Origin: Glycera tridactyla
Lineage: Eukaryota
Length of the DNA stretch: 64,000 bases
Assembly (NCBI GenBank): GCA_965644265.1
Contig: OZ286471.1
Coordinates: 25,358,001-25,422,000, forward strand
Direction: 5' to 3'
A model generated the notes under the pieces. The model did not search any database. It was given only the letters and a program-made list of their open reading frames with translations, and was not told the DNA's origin. The translations under genes and the position numbers were made by a program. Below, piece by piece: positions 10,198-21,446 of the stretch (positions within the stretch are counted from its first letter, which is position 1; every line of letters begins with the position of its first letter).

Positions 10198-12618
10198 TTA
10201 GTATCGACCTCGTCTGCCACGTCTATCATGAGTGGGTTCTGGCCACTCTCTGTCCCAAAGTGATTGTATGTCTCTATTATATTGTCCGGTGCCCTGCCAA
10301 CTATTACGTCTTGTGTTATTGTCGCGGTCGTCATACGCATGGGTATGCTCATTTCCAGCATGTCTGCTTACGTTTTGGATGTCTTTAAACCGTCGGGCGT
10401 TTGAAGGTCGGTGACCGCGGCTAAAAACATGCTCATACGGTAGAGGCGGGTCATAATGACTGGCGCGCCGGTTGCTCTTTTGTTGACCTATTTCTGATTG
10501 ATTCCTGTAATTGATTGATTGTGTAGTATTGTCTGGCCGTCTGTTATCGTTCGTGGTATTCATCATGAGAGTGCCGTTCCCGTTTCTAGGGGCATTATCC
10601 GTGTTGTTGTTAGGAGCATCACGATTAGTATTCCGTGGTCTCATTTCCCCGCGATTTTTCATAGCTTCTGTATTTATCATACGTAGTTTTTCATGGTCTG
10701 TTAGAATGCTCGGTTTCGAGTTTGGTTCTTCTTGGGCCCAAATTAGACCATCGTGGGTCCAGACTTTACTTAGTAGGTTGTGTTTTTTAGCAGCTCTCGC
10801 TTCATAGAACACCTTGCTATTTTTGGTAGTCAGGAATTCCTTGAAGAAGATTGATGTCCCGCGTAGTTTTCCCTTGCATTTCATTAGATGCCTCTTTAGA
10901 TCAACATCCCTCAGTTTCACCAATATTGGTCGTGGTTCGTCCGTTGATGGCTTGCCAATGAAAACACACTTTACAAAGTCTTTATGAGATAAGCTCAAAC
11001 CCAGTCTGTCACAGATCTCATATCCTACATTATCTAAGAGGGAGTAGTCCGGATCTAGATTCAGTCCCTCGATAATTAAGCAGTTTAGGCGGTCTGATAG
11101 CTCCAAATTTTCCAGTCTGTATTCTGTATTCTGAGGGAGCAGACTATCACCAGTCATCTGTTGATTGATGTCTTGTGGTTCCAGTGGATCATCTATTGAC
11201 AATCTCTCAATGTTGCTTTTCAACATGGTGATAGTGCGAGTGTGTTCCTCCAGGTCCCGATTCATCCTGCGGAGCTGGTTCGAGAGGTTCAACATCTCAC
11301 CGCTAACCTCCCTGAGGACAGTATCTCTTATCTTAGTTGTTAACTCAGCTTCCACTTTCGCTCTCAGATCATTTTCAAGAATCTTCCTGAGGTCATCTAG
11401 CAAATCGGATTTTAGACTAGATATGAGGTCAGGCGGTATCTTAGTGAGACAAGGCGCTTCTTCGGCGCATGCATCTATTTCATTGACGGCAGATTGATCA
11501 TTCCCTGGCCTTGGGTTTGTACCTGCTTGAGTATCAAGTAACCCCCACCCATCAAGCTCACCTAGGGGTTCTATGTGGTTTGACAATGAGCTGTTATGGG
11601 AGATTTGTGTTGGAGGAGAGTCATGTGGTACTTGCCCGGGTTGAAATGGTTCTACATCCCCATCATCATGGATTGCTGCTTCTAATTCCATTTCCGAGGC
11701 CGACTCTGTTTCAGATCCTGATTCATCCGAGGTGTGATCGGAGCCAGTGTCATTTTTTGGATCTAAGGGACTTTCACTCTTCGTATTGGGTTTCTTGGTT
11801 GCAACCCCAGTACCTGTGATGTCATCAGGAGAGGCCGTATGGTGTCTACGTTTTCGTTTACGTTTTCTCTTGTCTTTTTTTGATGATGAGTTGGACGTAT
11901 CCCCAGGTTTGACTGTAGATTGGATGGGAGTTTGGATAGGAGTATGAGCGTTCGATATCATCGGTTGTGCTTCTACTACTGTCTGCGTCTGTGCCTCTGA
12001 GCCACCGGTTAGTATTATACTCCCTTGGGTATCGGGCATGGTATTTTCTGGGGTGCTCGCAATTAGTTCCCCTAACAAATTCTTTATAGGATTTGAATGG
12101 GAATCAGAAAGAGTTGCTGTCTGTTCATCAAGTCTATCATCCACGGTTGTGTGTAAGTTTACAGTTGAGCGTATTGCATTTCGGATCACCTCGTTTGTTG
12201 CCTGCGTTGCAGGAGAATCCGCCGCAGCAGCTTCAGCTCCTTGTATTTGACCTTGTTCATTGGGGCGTGACTGCCAACAGGGTGCTGGCGGCATGAGAGG
12301 GTGTTCAACCAGTGAGTTCCTGTATGTTTTTCCCCCCGCCTTACTATCACCCTCTGGGGGGGCATTCAACCGGTCCACCGGCTGATTAGCATTGCGATCA
12401 ATGGGAGCTGGGGTTCTACCGGGACCGCAGGGTGGCGGGTTCGAACTTCTACGTGCATTATCGCTCACCTTTGTTTCTTTTGAGAAATCAATGTTCGCAT
12501 GCCTCCACATCGACTCCAGGATAGACTCCTTCCTTGTCTTTGTGTCGTTTGGTTTCTTGGTGGTTTCCCCTTTCTTCTCGTCACCTTTGCCATTTCGTAG
12601 ATTGTTTCCAGAAGGCAT
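10198..12618 (-). CDS. LINE A ORF1, 806 aa: disordered N-terminus, coiled coil, L1/transposase-22-type RRM plus CTD, basic tail
   Basis: Heptad-rich segment (LKSDLLDDLRKILENDL...LKSNIERL) followed by LENLELSDRLNCLIIEGL...PRPILVKL...IFFKEFLT...VWTHDGLIW, typical of type II LINE ORF1p. Confidence 0.85.
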   Translation of the reverse strand: MPSGNNLRNGKGDEKKGETTKKPNDTKTRKESILESMWRHANIDFSKETKVSDNARRSSNPPPCGPGRTPAPIDRNANQPVDRLNAPPEGDSKAGGKTYRNSLVEHPLMPPAPCWQSRPNEQGQIQGAEAAAADSPATQATNEVIRNAIRSTVNLHTTVDDRLDEQTATLSDSHSNPIKNLLGELIASTPENTMPDTQGSIILTGGSEAQTQTVVEAQPMISNAHTPIQTPIQSTVKPGDTSNSSSKKDKRKRKRKRRHHTASPDDITGTGVATKKPNTKSESPLDPKNDTGSDHTSDESGSETESASEMELEAAIHDDGDVEPFQPGQVPHDSPPTQISHNSSLSNHIEPLGELDGWGLLDTQAGTNPRPGNDQSAVNEIDACAEEAPCLTKIPPDLISSLKSDLLDDLRKILENDLRAKVEAELTTKIRDTVLREVSGEMLNLSNQLRRMNRDLEEHTRTITMLKSNIERLSIDDPLEPQDINQQMTGDSLLPQNTEYRLENLELSDRLNCLIIEGLNLDPDYSLLDNVGYEICDRLGLSLSHKDFVKCVFIGKPSTDEPRPILVKLRDVDLKRHLMKCKGKLRGTSIFFKEFLTTKNSKVFYEARAAKKHNLLSKVWTHDGLIWAQEEPNSKPSILTDHEKLRMINTEAMKNRGEMRPRNTNRDAPNNNTDNAPRNGNGTLMMNTTNDNRRPDNTTQSINYRNQSEIGQQKSNRRASHYDPPLPYEHVFSRGHRPSNARRFKDIQNVSRHAGNEHTHAYDDRDNNTRRNSWQGTGQYNRDIQSLWDREWPEPTHDRRGRRGRY

Positions 12619-12800
12619 TTTGGAGGTTTTTTCACGACCGCGGTGTGACGTAGTGTGCTACTCCATGCTTTCCCCATGTCCTCCTTGATAATAATAGTAT
12701 TATGGCAGTATAAACACCACAACAGTTGTCACTGACTGATTGTATTTTTCGTTACAAAATAAAGTTTATTACAAGTACAATTGCTCGCATTTTATCGTTA

Positions 12801-12835
<35 letters not shown>

Positions 12836-13959
12836 TCATTATCATTATTTATTTATCATTCACATTACCATTATTATCATCATTATTACAATCATCACCA
12901 NNNNNNNNNNNNNNNNNNNNNNNNNNNNNNNNNNNNNNNNNNNNNNNNNNNNNNNNNNNNNNNNNNNNNNNNNNNNNNNNNNNNNNNNNNNNNNNNNNNN
13001 NNNNNNNNNNNNNNNNNNNNNNNNNNNNNNNNNNNNNNNNNNNNNNNNNNNNNNNNNNNNNNNNNNNNNNNNNNNNNNNNNNNNNNNNNNNNNNNNNNNN
13101 NNNNNNNNNNNNNNNNNNNNNNNNNNNNNNNNNNNNNNNNNNNNNNNNNNNNNNNNNNNNNNNNNNNNNNNNNNNNNNNNNNNNNNNNNNNNNNNNNNNN
13201 NNNNNNNNNNNNNNNNNNNNNNNNNNNNNNNNNNNNNNGGATNNNNNNNNNNNNNNNNNNNNNNNNNNNNNNNNNNNNNNNNNNNNNNNNNNNNNNNNNN
13301 NNNNNNNNNNNNNNNNNNNNNNNNNNNNNNNNNNNNNNNNNNNNNNNNNNNNNNNNNNNNNNNNNNNNNNNNNNNNNNNNNNNNNNNNNNNNNNNNNNNN
13401 NNNNNNNNNNNNNNNNNNNNNNNNNNNNNNNNNNNNNNNNNNNNNNNNNNNNNNNNNNNNNNNNNNNNNNNNNNNNNNNNNNNNNNNNNNNNNNNNNNNN
13501 NNNNNNNNNNNNNNNNNNNNNNNNNNNNNNNNNNNNNNNNNNNNNNNNNNNNNNNNNNNNNNNNNNNNNNNNNNNNNNNNNNNNNNNNNNNNNNNNNNNN
13601 NNNNNNNNNNNNNNNNNNNNNNNNNNNNNNNNNNNNNNNNNNNNNNNNNNNNNNNNNNNNNNNNNNNNNNNNNNNNNNNNNNNNNNNNNNNNNNNNNNNN
13701 NNNNNNNNNNNNNNNNNNNNNNNNNNNNNNNNNNNNNNNNNNNNNNNNNNNNNNNNNNNNNNNNNNNNNNNNNNNNNNNNNNNNNNNNNNNNNNNNNNNN
13801 NNNNNNNNNNNNNNNNNNNNNNNNNNNNNNNNNNNNNNNNNNNNNNNNNNNNNNNNNNNNNNNNAGGCAGACAGGCAGGCATTGTCGTCGTCCCATCCAT
13901 TGTCTAGTATTGTCAACATGATCCCCCTCCCCCCTCCCTCTCAGCAAGCCACCAAGAGT

Positions 13960-14205
13960 TCAAAGGTTGAGGTGCGGAAGCCATGGCTCAGTGATCAGAG
14001 GTAGAGGTGTAGAGGCAACTACTCAAGCTGGACAGCCCCACTGTGAGTTCACAGGTGAACTGTGAAAGCCACGGCTCAGCGTCGGCAACCCTTTTGGAGT
14101 TCATAGGTAAACTGCGAAGGCGTAGAAGCCACGGCTGAAAGCACAACACACTCCTTTGAGCTCACAGGTCAACCTCGAAGGTGTGGAAGCCGTGGCTCAA
14201 AGCTG
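13960..14205. repeat. Degenerate ~55-60-bp tandem units (AAGCCAYGGCT core)
   Basis: Four imperfect units containing GAAGCCATGGCTCA / AAAGCCACGGCTCA / GAAGCCACGGCTGA / GAAGCCGTGGCTCA. A related sequence lies in inverted orientation at ~3525-3580. Confidence 0.5.
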
Positions 14206-14534
14206 GGGGAGGGGAAGAAAGACACCTGAAGTCAGTGTATTTTCAATGGGATTGAGCTGAACCGGAAGTGAGCGGGCAATGCGGTACTCGCGACGAAATC
14301 TAACATGGCGGCGCCCACGTACTCGCGCGATTCCTCGTGTATAGATGGCCAGCATGAAGACAGATATATAGCTTCGACAGAAGCAAGAGGGTAAGACCCG
14401 ATGATCGTTTATCAATATTAACAAATAGAAAATGATGACGGGAGAGGTGGGGCCGCCGATCTCTGCTGATTCCATCTAAATCCGCGATAGCCACGCTCCT
14501 GAAAATTGCTTTCGGGAATCAATCAAGATGAATG

Positions 14535-14704
14535 AGGGTGTTGCATGCTGGGCGGGTGTGCAATGGGTCCGGGGTTCAATCCCCGGTCCTAACATGAAGA
14601 AATGTTTCACCCACCATCTTCGCTCCTCCTTGGCAGGTGGTCTGATTTAGCCTACTCAAGTGCAGAAAGTGGACCTGAAACCTTAACATTTCATTTCATT
14701 TTTT
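14535..14704 (+). mobile_element. tRNA-derived SINE
   Basis: B-box GGTTCAATCCC at 14573-14583 and a (CATTT)n tail. Clearly homologous inverted copy at 19733-19905. Confidence 0.8.
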
Positions 14705-17491
14705 TTGTTTATGTATAGGACACCCATGTGGTGATAAACGTTATCACATGTATATGGCATCATCAGTGAAGCATCAGGTGTTGAGTATTGCGTGTGATAA
14801 TTTATAGATGGGTGACAACTACTCTTGATGATATCTCCCCTATTACATGTGATAAAAGCAAAACATTGAACGATATTTCCACCTGCTTTGTATTGCGTTT
14901 CACTTCACCGACATATACCCTAGTCATACTTCTATGTCAACCTCCCTATACCCATTTTCAACCTTCTCAACTTCCTGTGTAATTGGTGGCACACGTGGGG
15001 AAACTTATGTGGTGACAAACGTCTTTGTTTTAGTGTCACTCTACTCGGCGTCAACTCTCCTATAATCAGCTTCAACTTTTTCTATGAAGGGATCTTCTAA
15101 ATTCAGAAGGCAATAGATCCTCCAATGTTTATGTAATTGGTGACATGATTACGAGTACTAGCATCTACCCGGGAATGAACAGATGCTTCCTGTCCTCAAC
15201 CACCCCAGCCTGTTTTGCAAGTGGGTTTCACAACAGTGGTCATTACTCAATGGCTTTGCTTCCCTCTCATCCATACATCTCCAATGAATTATGTGGATTA
15301 TAGGACAGTCCTGGACATATTCCTGTCCTGAACATACCCTCTGAATTGACCATTTTCAGCAATGCAAATATGCATCAAAATCAATCATTACAAGAATATC
15401 CGAGTCATCCACACCCGATGAACTGACAATAGTCTAAGCCATTGGTATTCAAAGTATTGAGTGAAATTCCATCATTTTGAGCAGATATCCGAGCCAATCT
15501 CCAAGCACACTGTCTTTGGTGGCAGCTTAAAGTCACATGAGTGACTCAGTAATTACTCGAATATGATTCATCCCAGATGAGTTGAATCCAGTGCTATCTC
15601 AATATTACAAGGGTCGCGTTTGATGAGATGCATTTTTCGTATTTTTTGTGATTATTCGGTATTATACTGAGGAATTGCCCTATTTGTTGTCACGGAAATT
15701 AGTTTGAGTATGTATGCACTGGGATAAGAGCATTGGTTGCGGCTTACGACAAAGCTGGAACTGGGCACAGGTCAGAAAGGGGACACAGGTGTCCCGGAGT
15801 TCATATGTTCATGCGCTTGAGAGAAGAACAAAACAGCTCCATACATGTATTTAACTTCATGGAAGGTATGTTTCTCCAGTGAGCATCTCCGGAGAGTTTG
15901 GAACAATATAACACACTAATGTGAATGACTTCATTTCAAGTAATAATTAACCCGACTTCGGTGGCAATATTCTTGGTCTTTTGCTCAGAATTCACTGATT
16001 CCCAATTCGCTCCCTTTTCCTTCATTCATACCACATCTCTCATACAACAATTAACAGATGATATCAATATAAGATGGTTTGACAATTTATTTAAAGTCTG
16101 TGGCAATGTATGCGCCGCAGGGCATTTCTTGCTAGTGGCCATTGCACTTTTTTTGAGAATTAATCAAAATTTATTTTCGAAAAATCCTGCCATCTCGTGT
16201 CTCTCTCCGTCTAAATTCCCCCCTCCAAGATAGAATACCAATCTTCTCCAGCACAAAAATTGATTTATATTTCAAAAAATATGCCTCTTGTATCTTTTTA
16301 ATGCGGAGAAGAATATGGGTTAAACAAATATGCCGGTGTTGAAGGGTTAATCCGGTGTGGGGACCACCCTAGTCGACTGAAGATTGGCCCTGTCAGGCAT
16401 AATTGATGCCTGCGAGAGGGAAAAATTCCAATCGTCATTGGATAGCCGGATGGGGGATGCTCCAATCGCAGGAAATTACTATGGCAACAACTTCCTCCAC
16501 ACTGTGATTGAATGGGAAATGGGGGTGCCTGTTTACAATAATACGGCCATCATCACTCGAGTGCAGTAATAGGGAGTTGCTTCCTGATTAATACTAGACT
16601 AAAGAATCGTCGGCGGTATCTTTTGTGATGAAGATTCTAATGAATATCTGCTGAATGTGCGATTAGTGAGTCGTTATAGAGCTTCTCGATTGAATATTCG
16701 ACAATCTGAGATCCCGGCTAGTCACATGATCTGGACATGTTATCGATACATTCAATCGGATTCACAGGCGGCTTGTGAGGTATGAACTGTCTTAGTGATT
16801 GGCTCACGCACGCATTCTCTCACCCACTAACTTACACACTCAACAATATGACCTCTCACTCACTCACTCATTCACTCAATGAGCCACTGACCCACACACT
16901 TAATCGCCCATTCAATCACTCATCAACACCATACTCAATTTTCGACTCTCTCTCTCTGCCCCCCCCTTCTGTCTCTCCCCCCCCCCCCCTCTCTCCGCCC
17001 CCCCCTCTCTGCCTCTCTCTCTCTCTCTCGCTCTCTCTCTCTCTCTTTCTTTCTCTCTCTCTCTCTCGCTCTCTCTCCCACCGACTGACTAGCTGATTAT
17101 TGAGTGACTCACTGACTCGTCAATTTCCAATTCACTCATTCACCCACAACGCTCCCTCACAAGTGGCCGGAGGCACTCTGGACTTATCATCCGATTAAAC
17201 TTAAAAAAACAAAGAAATTGACATTTGAAAGCCTTCAAAGTTTGAAAATCTTCATGAAACGAATAGTCACGTGATCGAAGTGACAAACCAAAGGGCGGAT
17301 TCGCATAGCGCTAATCCCCCACAACGTAAAGCAGGTCGCCGACGCGGGCCGGACGCAGCAGCTTCCCGACATGCTAGACTCAACATCGGATGATAAAGAC
17401 AGAGGGAGGGACAGAATGTGGGAACGGGGAAGATAGTATCGACATCCAAGCATCGAAGATATTGCATAATGATAGAAATCAACCCAATCAG

Positions 17492-17657
17492 TCAATCAAT
17501 CAATGAGATTCTGATAGGCATTGCGATGTAGATTAGATTAGAGGCCAGTGTGTGATATCGACATAGAGACATGGGGGTGTGGTGAAATGATAACACAGTG
17601 TCCATTTCTTGCTGTCTCATTACTGGGCTACGCCGAGGTAGAGGAACTTCTAAGAAA
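17492..17657 (+). pseudogene. Partial tandem duplicate of the intron 3' end plus the first 32 nt of the 18160 exon
   Basis: Matches ~18030-18191. GGCTACGCCGAGGTAGAGGAACTTCTAAGAAA is identical, but the acceptor is TTACTG instead of TTACAG. Confidence 0.75.
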
Positions 17658-18159
17658 AGTCGATCTTCAAATTAATCAATCAGTCAATCATTCTGTAGAC
17701 AGACAATACAATGTAAACTACATTAGGGAGAGAGAGGGGGAGAGAAATGAAGGGTGAGAGAGAAAGGAGAGAAGTATTGTCATTCAGCATCAGGAACGTT
17801 TTGGTGAGTTTGAGATCGATAGAAAAATCAATTGTTCAATCTTTCCATCAGTTGACCTGTGGACAAGTCCTGGTAAGCGGCTCAGTGTATAATAGATTAC
17901 AGAGAGAGGGTGGGGTAGCAAAAGGAGACAAACGGACAGACATACAGACAGACAGAGCAAGAGAAAGAAAAAGAAAAAATATCGGCCATCGGGAATATTG
18001 CCTAATGATCAAAATCAATCAATCAATCAATCAATCAATGAGATTCTGACAGGCAGTGCGATGTAGATTAGATCAGAGGCTGATGTGATATCGACATAGT
18101 GTCATTGGGGTGTGGTGAAATGATAACACAGTTGTCGATTTTCGGCTGTCTGATTACAG

Positions 18160-18301
18160 GGCTACGCCGAGGTAGAGGAACTTCTAAGAAAGGAGGGCAT
18201 CTGTGTGGCCGTCACCGACAAACTGATCAAAGACTCCGGTGTCGCCGCCGCCTCCGCCTACGACAGCGTCGTCAACAACATCAAGAAAACGAACGCACGA
18301 G
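18160..18301 (+). CDS. Internal exon of a class C GPCR (metabotropic glutamate receptor-like), Venus flytrap domain
   Basis: TTACAG acceptor and GTAGGT donor. Encodes GYAEVEELLRKEGICVAVTDKLIKDSGVAAASAYDSVVNNIKKTNAR-G, resembling the mGluR segment G.E....A....ICIA..EK.......YD.VI..L....NARVV. Ends in phase 1, matching the 39109 exon. Confidence 0.8.
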
Positions 18302-18501
18302 GTAGGTCGACCACAGTTATTACCACTTTTCCCGCATGCCTAGACGCTGTGGCTGTAACCCTAGATGAGCTCAAAATCGAGGTTTATCACATGGATGTGC
18401 CATTTTCGGTGAAGTTTCAGGTGTTGAGTAATGCGTGTGATACTTCACAGCTGGTTGGGAACTGCTTTTTGATGATTTCTCCCCTAATCCATGTGAAAAA
18501 A

Positions 18502-18650
18502 GCAAGACTATATGGCCGTGAGGTGAAAATGCAATACCAAACTTGGTGTGAATTTCTCCAGATGTCACTCGGCCTTCAGCCTCGTGACATCCATTGAAAT
18601 TCACACCTTGTTTGGTATTGCGTTTTTACTTCACGGCCATATAGTCTTGC
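18502..18650. mobile_element. Palindromic MITE-like repeat (family with several copies)
   Basis: GCAAGACTATATGGCCGTGA...TCACGGCCATATAGTCTTGC, with ~60-bp arms. Copies at 36899-37036, 59696-59829 and a partial copy at ~47855-47880. A shared flanking segment also appears at 18410-18500, 37040-37150, 14725-14800 and 59575-59695. Confidence 0.75.
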
Positions 18651-19732
18651 CATAATGTCAACCACAGTTATCACCTCACTATTCTCTGAGAACTTGCTTG
18701 CAAATCTTCGTATCCCTCCATCGTCAAATACTATACTTATTTGAGTTGAGCGTTGCTTTCTTTTGTTTGAGTGTCTGTGAACTTCATAAATGTTCGCCTT
18801 CGGTTAGGGACCCGGAGGTGGAGGAGGAAGGGTCTTGAATGATCCCACCCGTCCCCATTGCATGTGCGTCACAATATATGTTTTTTACCTTGTGCCCTTT
18901 TAGAACTAAAGGAAAAGAGGCACAATCTCCANNNNNNNNNNNNNNNNNNNNNNNNNNNNNNNNNNNNNNNNNNNNNNNNNNNNNNNNNNNNNNNNNNNNN
19001 NNNNNNNNNNNNNNNNNNNNNNNNNNNNNNNNNNNNNNNNNNNNNNNNNNNNNNNNNNNNNNNNNNNACATCTGATCATGTCGGTAGAAAGGCATCCATG
19101 GATTGGAAAATGACCTCGGAACATCTGTTTGAGGATGGCTCGATTCGTACCATGAAGAAGTTAGCTACTAATTGGGTTCATGAACAAAATACTGCTAGGT
19201 CTGGTTGGATTGAGCAAATCTTCACTCGAACGTTATTGTCACACATAGTATTCGCCAAAAGTATTCGCCAACGTGGCAACCTCCGTGATAGTATTTTTTT
19301 CGCCAAATCTAACTTAGATTCTGAAATGGCGACCGGGTGAGTTACGGTCAGAAGCAGTACTGGAAATTAGACGACTGATGTCTGTCCCTTTGTGGACCAC
19401 CTCACTTTCCTTTAATTTCCCAAGACGAGTACGAACTTGTATTAGTTGAAAAGACCGGGATTTGATGCTGGTCAATTACGGAGAATGGTGTATCGAGTTT
19501 TCTACCTCCTATGTGAGGCAATTAATATCTTAACCGGGTGTCACCTCACATACATTAGAGATGGCAACTGGAATCCGAGAGAAAAATTAGGGTATTGGAG
19601 TGATCGGGTTTTCTTCTTGTCTGCTCTCTGAGGATGGCATACTGTGGGGTGTATTGGTGCCTTATTCACATTTGTCCATAATGTGAAACAGCTGCTGCTT
19701 CAGCTGGTTGCAGGATGAGTGGACAGGAGAGG

Positions 19733-19905
19733 AAAAAAATGAAATGTTAAGGTTTTAGGTCCACTTTCTGCACTTGAGTAGGTTAAATCAGACCACCTGC
19801 CGAGGAGGAGCGAAGATGGAGGGTGAAACATTTCTGCATGGTAGGACCGGGGATTGAACCCCGGACCCATTGCACGCCGGCCCAACATGCTACCACTGAG
19901 GTGTG
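19733..19905 (-). mobile_element. tRNA-derived SINE (second copy)
   Basis: A-box-like CTCAGTGGTAG and B-box GGTTCAATCCC on the minus strand; homologous to 14535-14704. Confidence 0.8.
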
Positions 19906-21446
19906 AGGACAGCAAGCCAGTTTGCAGTGTACATATAGGTACACCTGGTAGTGGACCAAAATGACTGGCATCAGGCCCACAGTATTTGATCCCAAAACAT
20001 GGAGGTTGTCTTGGGCCACGCATTATGTGAATTGAGATGATGGCCCTCGATGCTTCGTGAAACTCCTGAAAAGANNNNNNNNNNNNNNNNNNNNNNNNNN
20101 NNNNNNNNNNNNNNNNNNNNNNNNNNNNNNNNNNNNNNNNNNNNNNNNNNNNNNNNNNNNNNNNNNNNNNNNNNNNNNNNNNNNNNNNNNNNNNNNNNNN
20201 NNNNNNNNNNNNNNNNNNNNNNNNNNNNNNNNNNNNNNNNNNNNNNNNNNNNNNNNNNNNNNNNNNNNNNNNNNNNNNNNNNNNNNNNNNNNNGCCTTTT
20301 CAAACATAGATATATATTCGACCATTTGATGTGGAAATATAAATCCGCCCGCCTCAGAATTCACACACTCTCACATTGTACACACATTTAGATGACTGCA
20401 CCTGCAGAGCAAGTAGGCAGTGCTAGTTCACTTATAGCTGGGGTATGATACTGGTGGTTCTCGCGTTCACACATCTTCAAAATTTCTCCACTCAGTCAAA
20501 GTATGCTCAGGAAAACTTGCCCACACGTTATGTATCTGTGGTAAAGCAGCGGCAATGCATGGAGATCTCGCCCGGTGATCCTGCTGAGTGATCTCACAAG
20601 GCCCTGATCATGCGAATATGAGGGACATATTTCATCTGAGCATTGATGCTATACGAAAAAGCAGCCTTGTCCGGCAATCAACACCAACAAGGGATGATCA
20701 TTGATTTGATTTGCTCCAGTGGCTCATTTGCTCAGTTTCCATGATGTATAGGATTGTTTCGACACGGGGGGGGGGGGCTTGGGTGGAATGGAAAAAATGT
20801 TGACCCCCGAATTCCAGATAATTGGGCACCCCCTACCCCTGAATTCAGCATTTTCCGGTGACCCCCCCCCCCCCCGAATGCTGAATATTGGCATATTTTA
20901 CACACACACCCCACACACCCCAATTCTGAATTCGCCCCTCACTCTGAATTATCTTTGACCACCCCATCCTTAAATTTTGAATTCTTTTAGACCCCCCCCC
21001 CCATCTGCGTCATGGATCTGCATCTCCATAAATGCTTGCATTGAGAGACCTCCAGCCACAGCCCAAGACATCACATGCATGCACACACACACACATTTTT
21101 GATTAATTTCATTCCAGTGACATGATGCACAGGCAGCAGGTCCAAATTTTGGGTTTCATACAGGTTTTGAACCTACAACCTCTGAGGGGGGCCCAAATTG
21201 TCAGCAACTACCAGTGCTTCTTGCCACAACCCCCCCCCCCCCCCCCCCACACACACACACTTTCGGACTTCATCTGGATTAGACCTCTCATACGAGAATT
21301 GTGCTATCGGCAGCACCAGGAAGATGAGAAATGTTCACGAGCTGATGCTAGTGATTATGAGTAGGTTGGGAGAGCTGCAACTGCATTGTTCACAACTGGA
21401 TAGAACGTCGCAAGAGTGCTTCGAATATCACTTGTGATTTATTACA

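Larger units (their letters stand above)
4180..12730 (-). mobile_element. LINE A: near full-length non-LTR retrotransposon (CR1/L2/Crack/Daphne-type RT) with three ORFs (ORF1, SGNH hydrolase, APE-RT)
   Basis: Three co-oriented long ORFs, a 1.5-kb inter-ORF spacer, and a ~600-nt 3' UTR running into a masked simple-repeat block at 4007-4178. Both ends are approximate and no TSD could be read. Confidence 0.9.

Noticed and set aside
12726-14004. 300-400-aa ORFs spanning N blocks (also at 38539, 48909-50239, 60492, 62436)
   Set aside because: They are open only because N codons are not stops; the flanks are simple repeats.
15945-16350. piggyBac-like TTAA-flanked MITE
   Set aside because: Only TTAACCC/GGGTTAA match; there is no extended TIR.
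21198-21437. Additional mGluR exon
   Set aside because: The translation does not fit the sequence expected between NAR and GVIVF, and the two identified exons already join without a gap.
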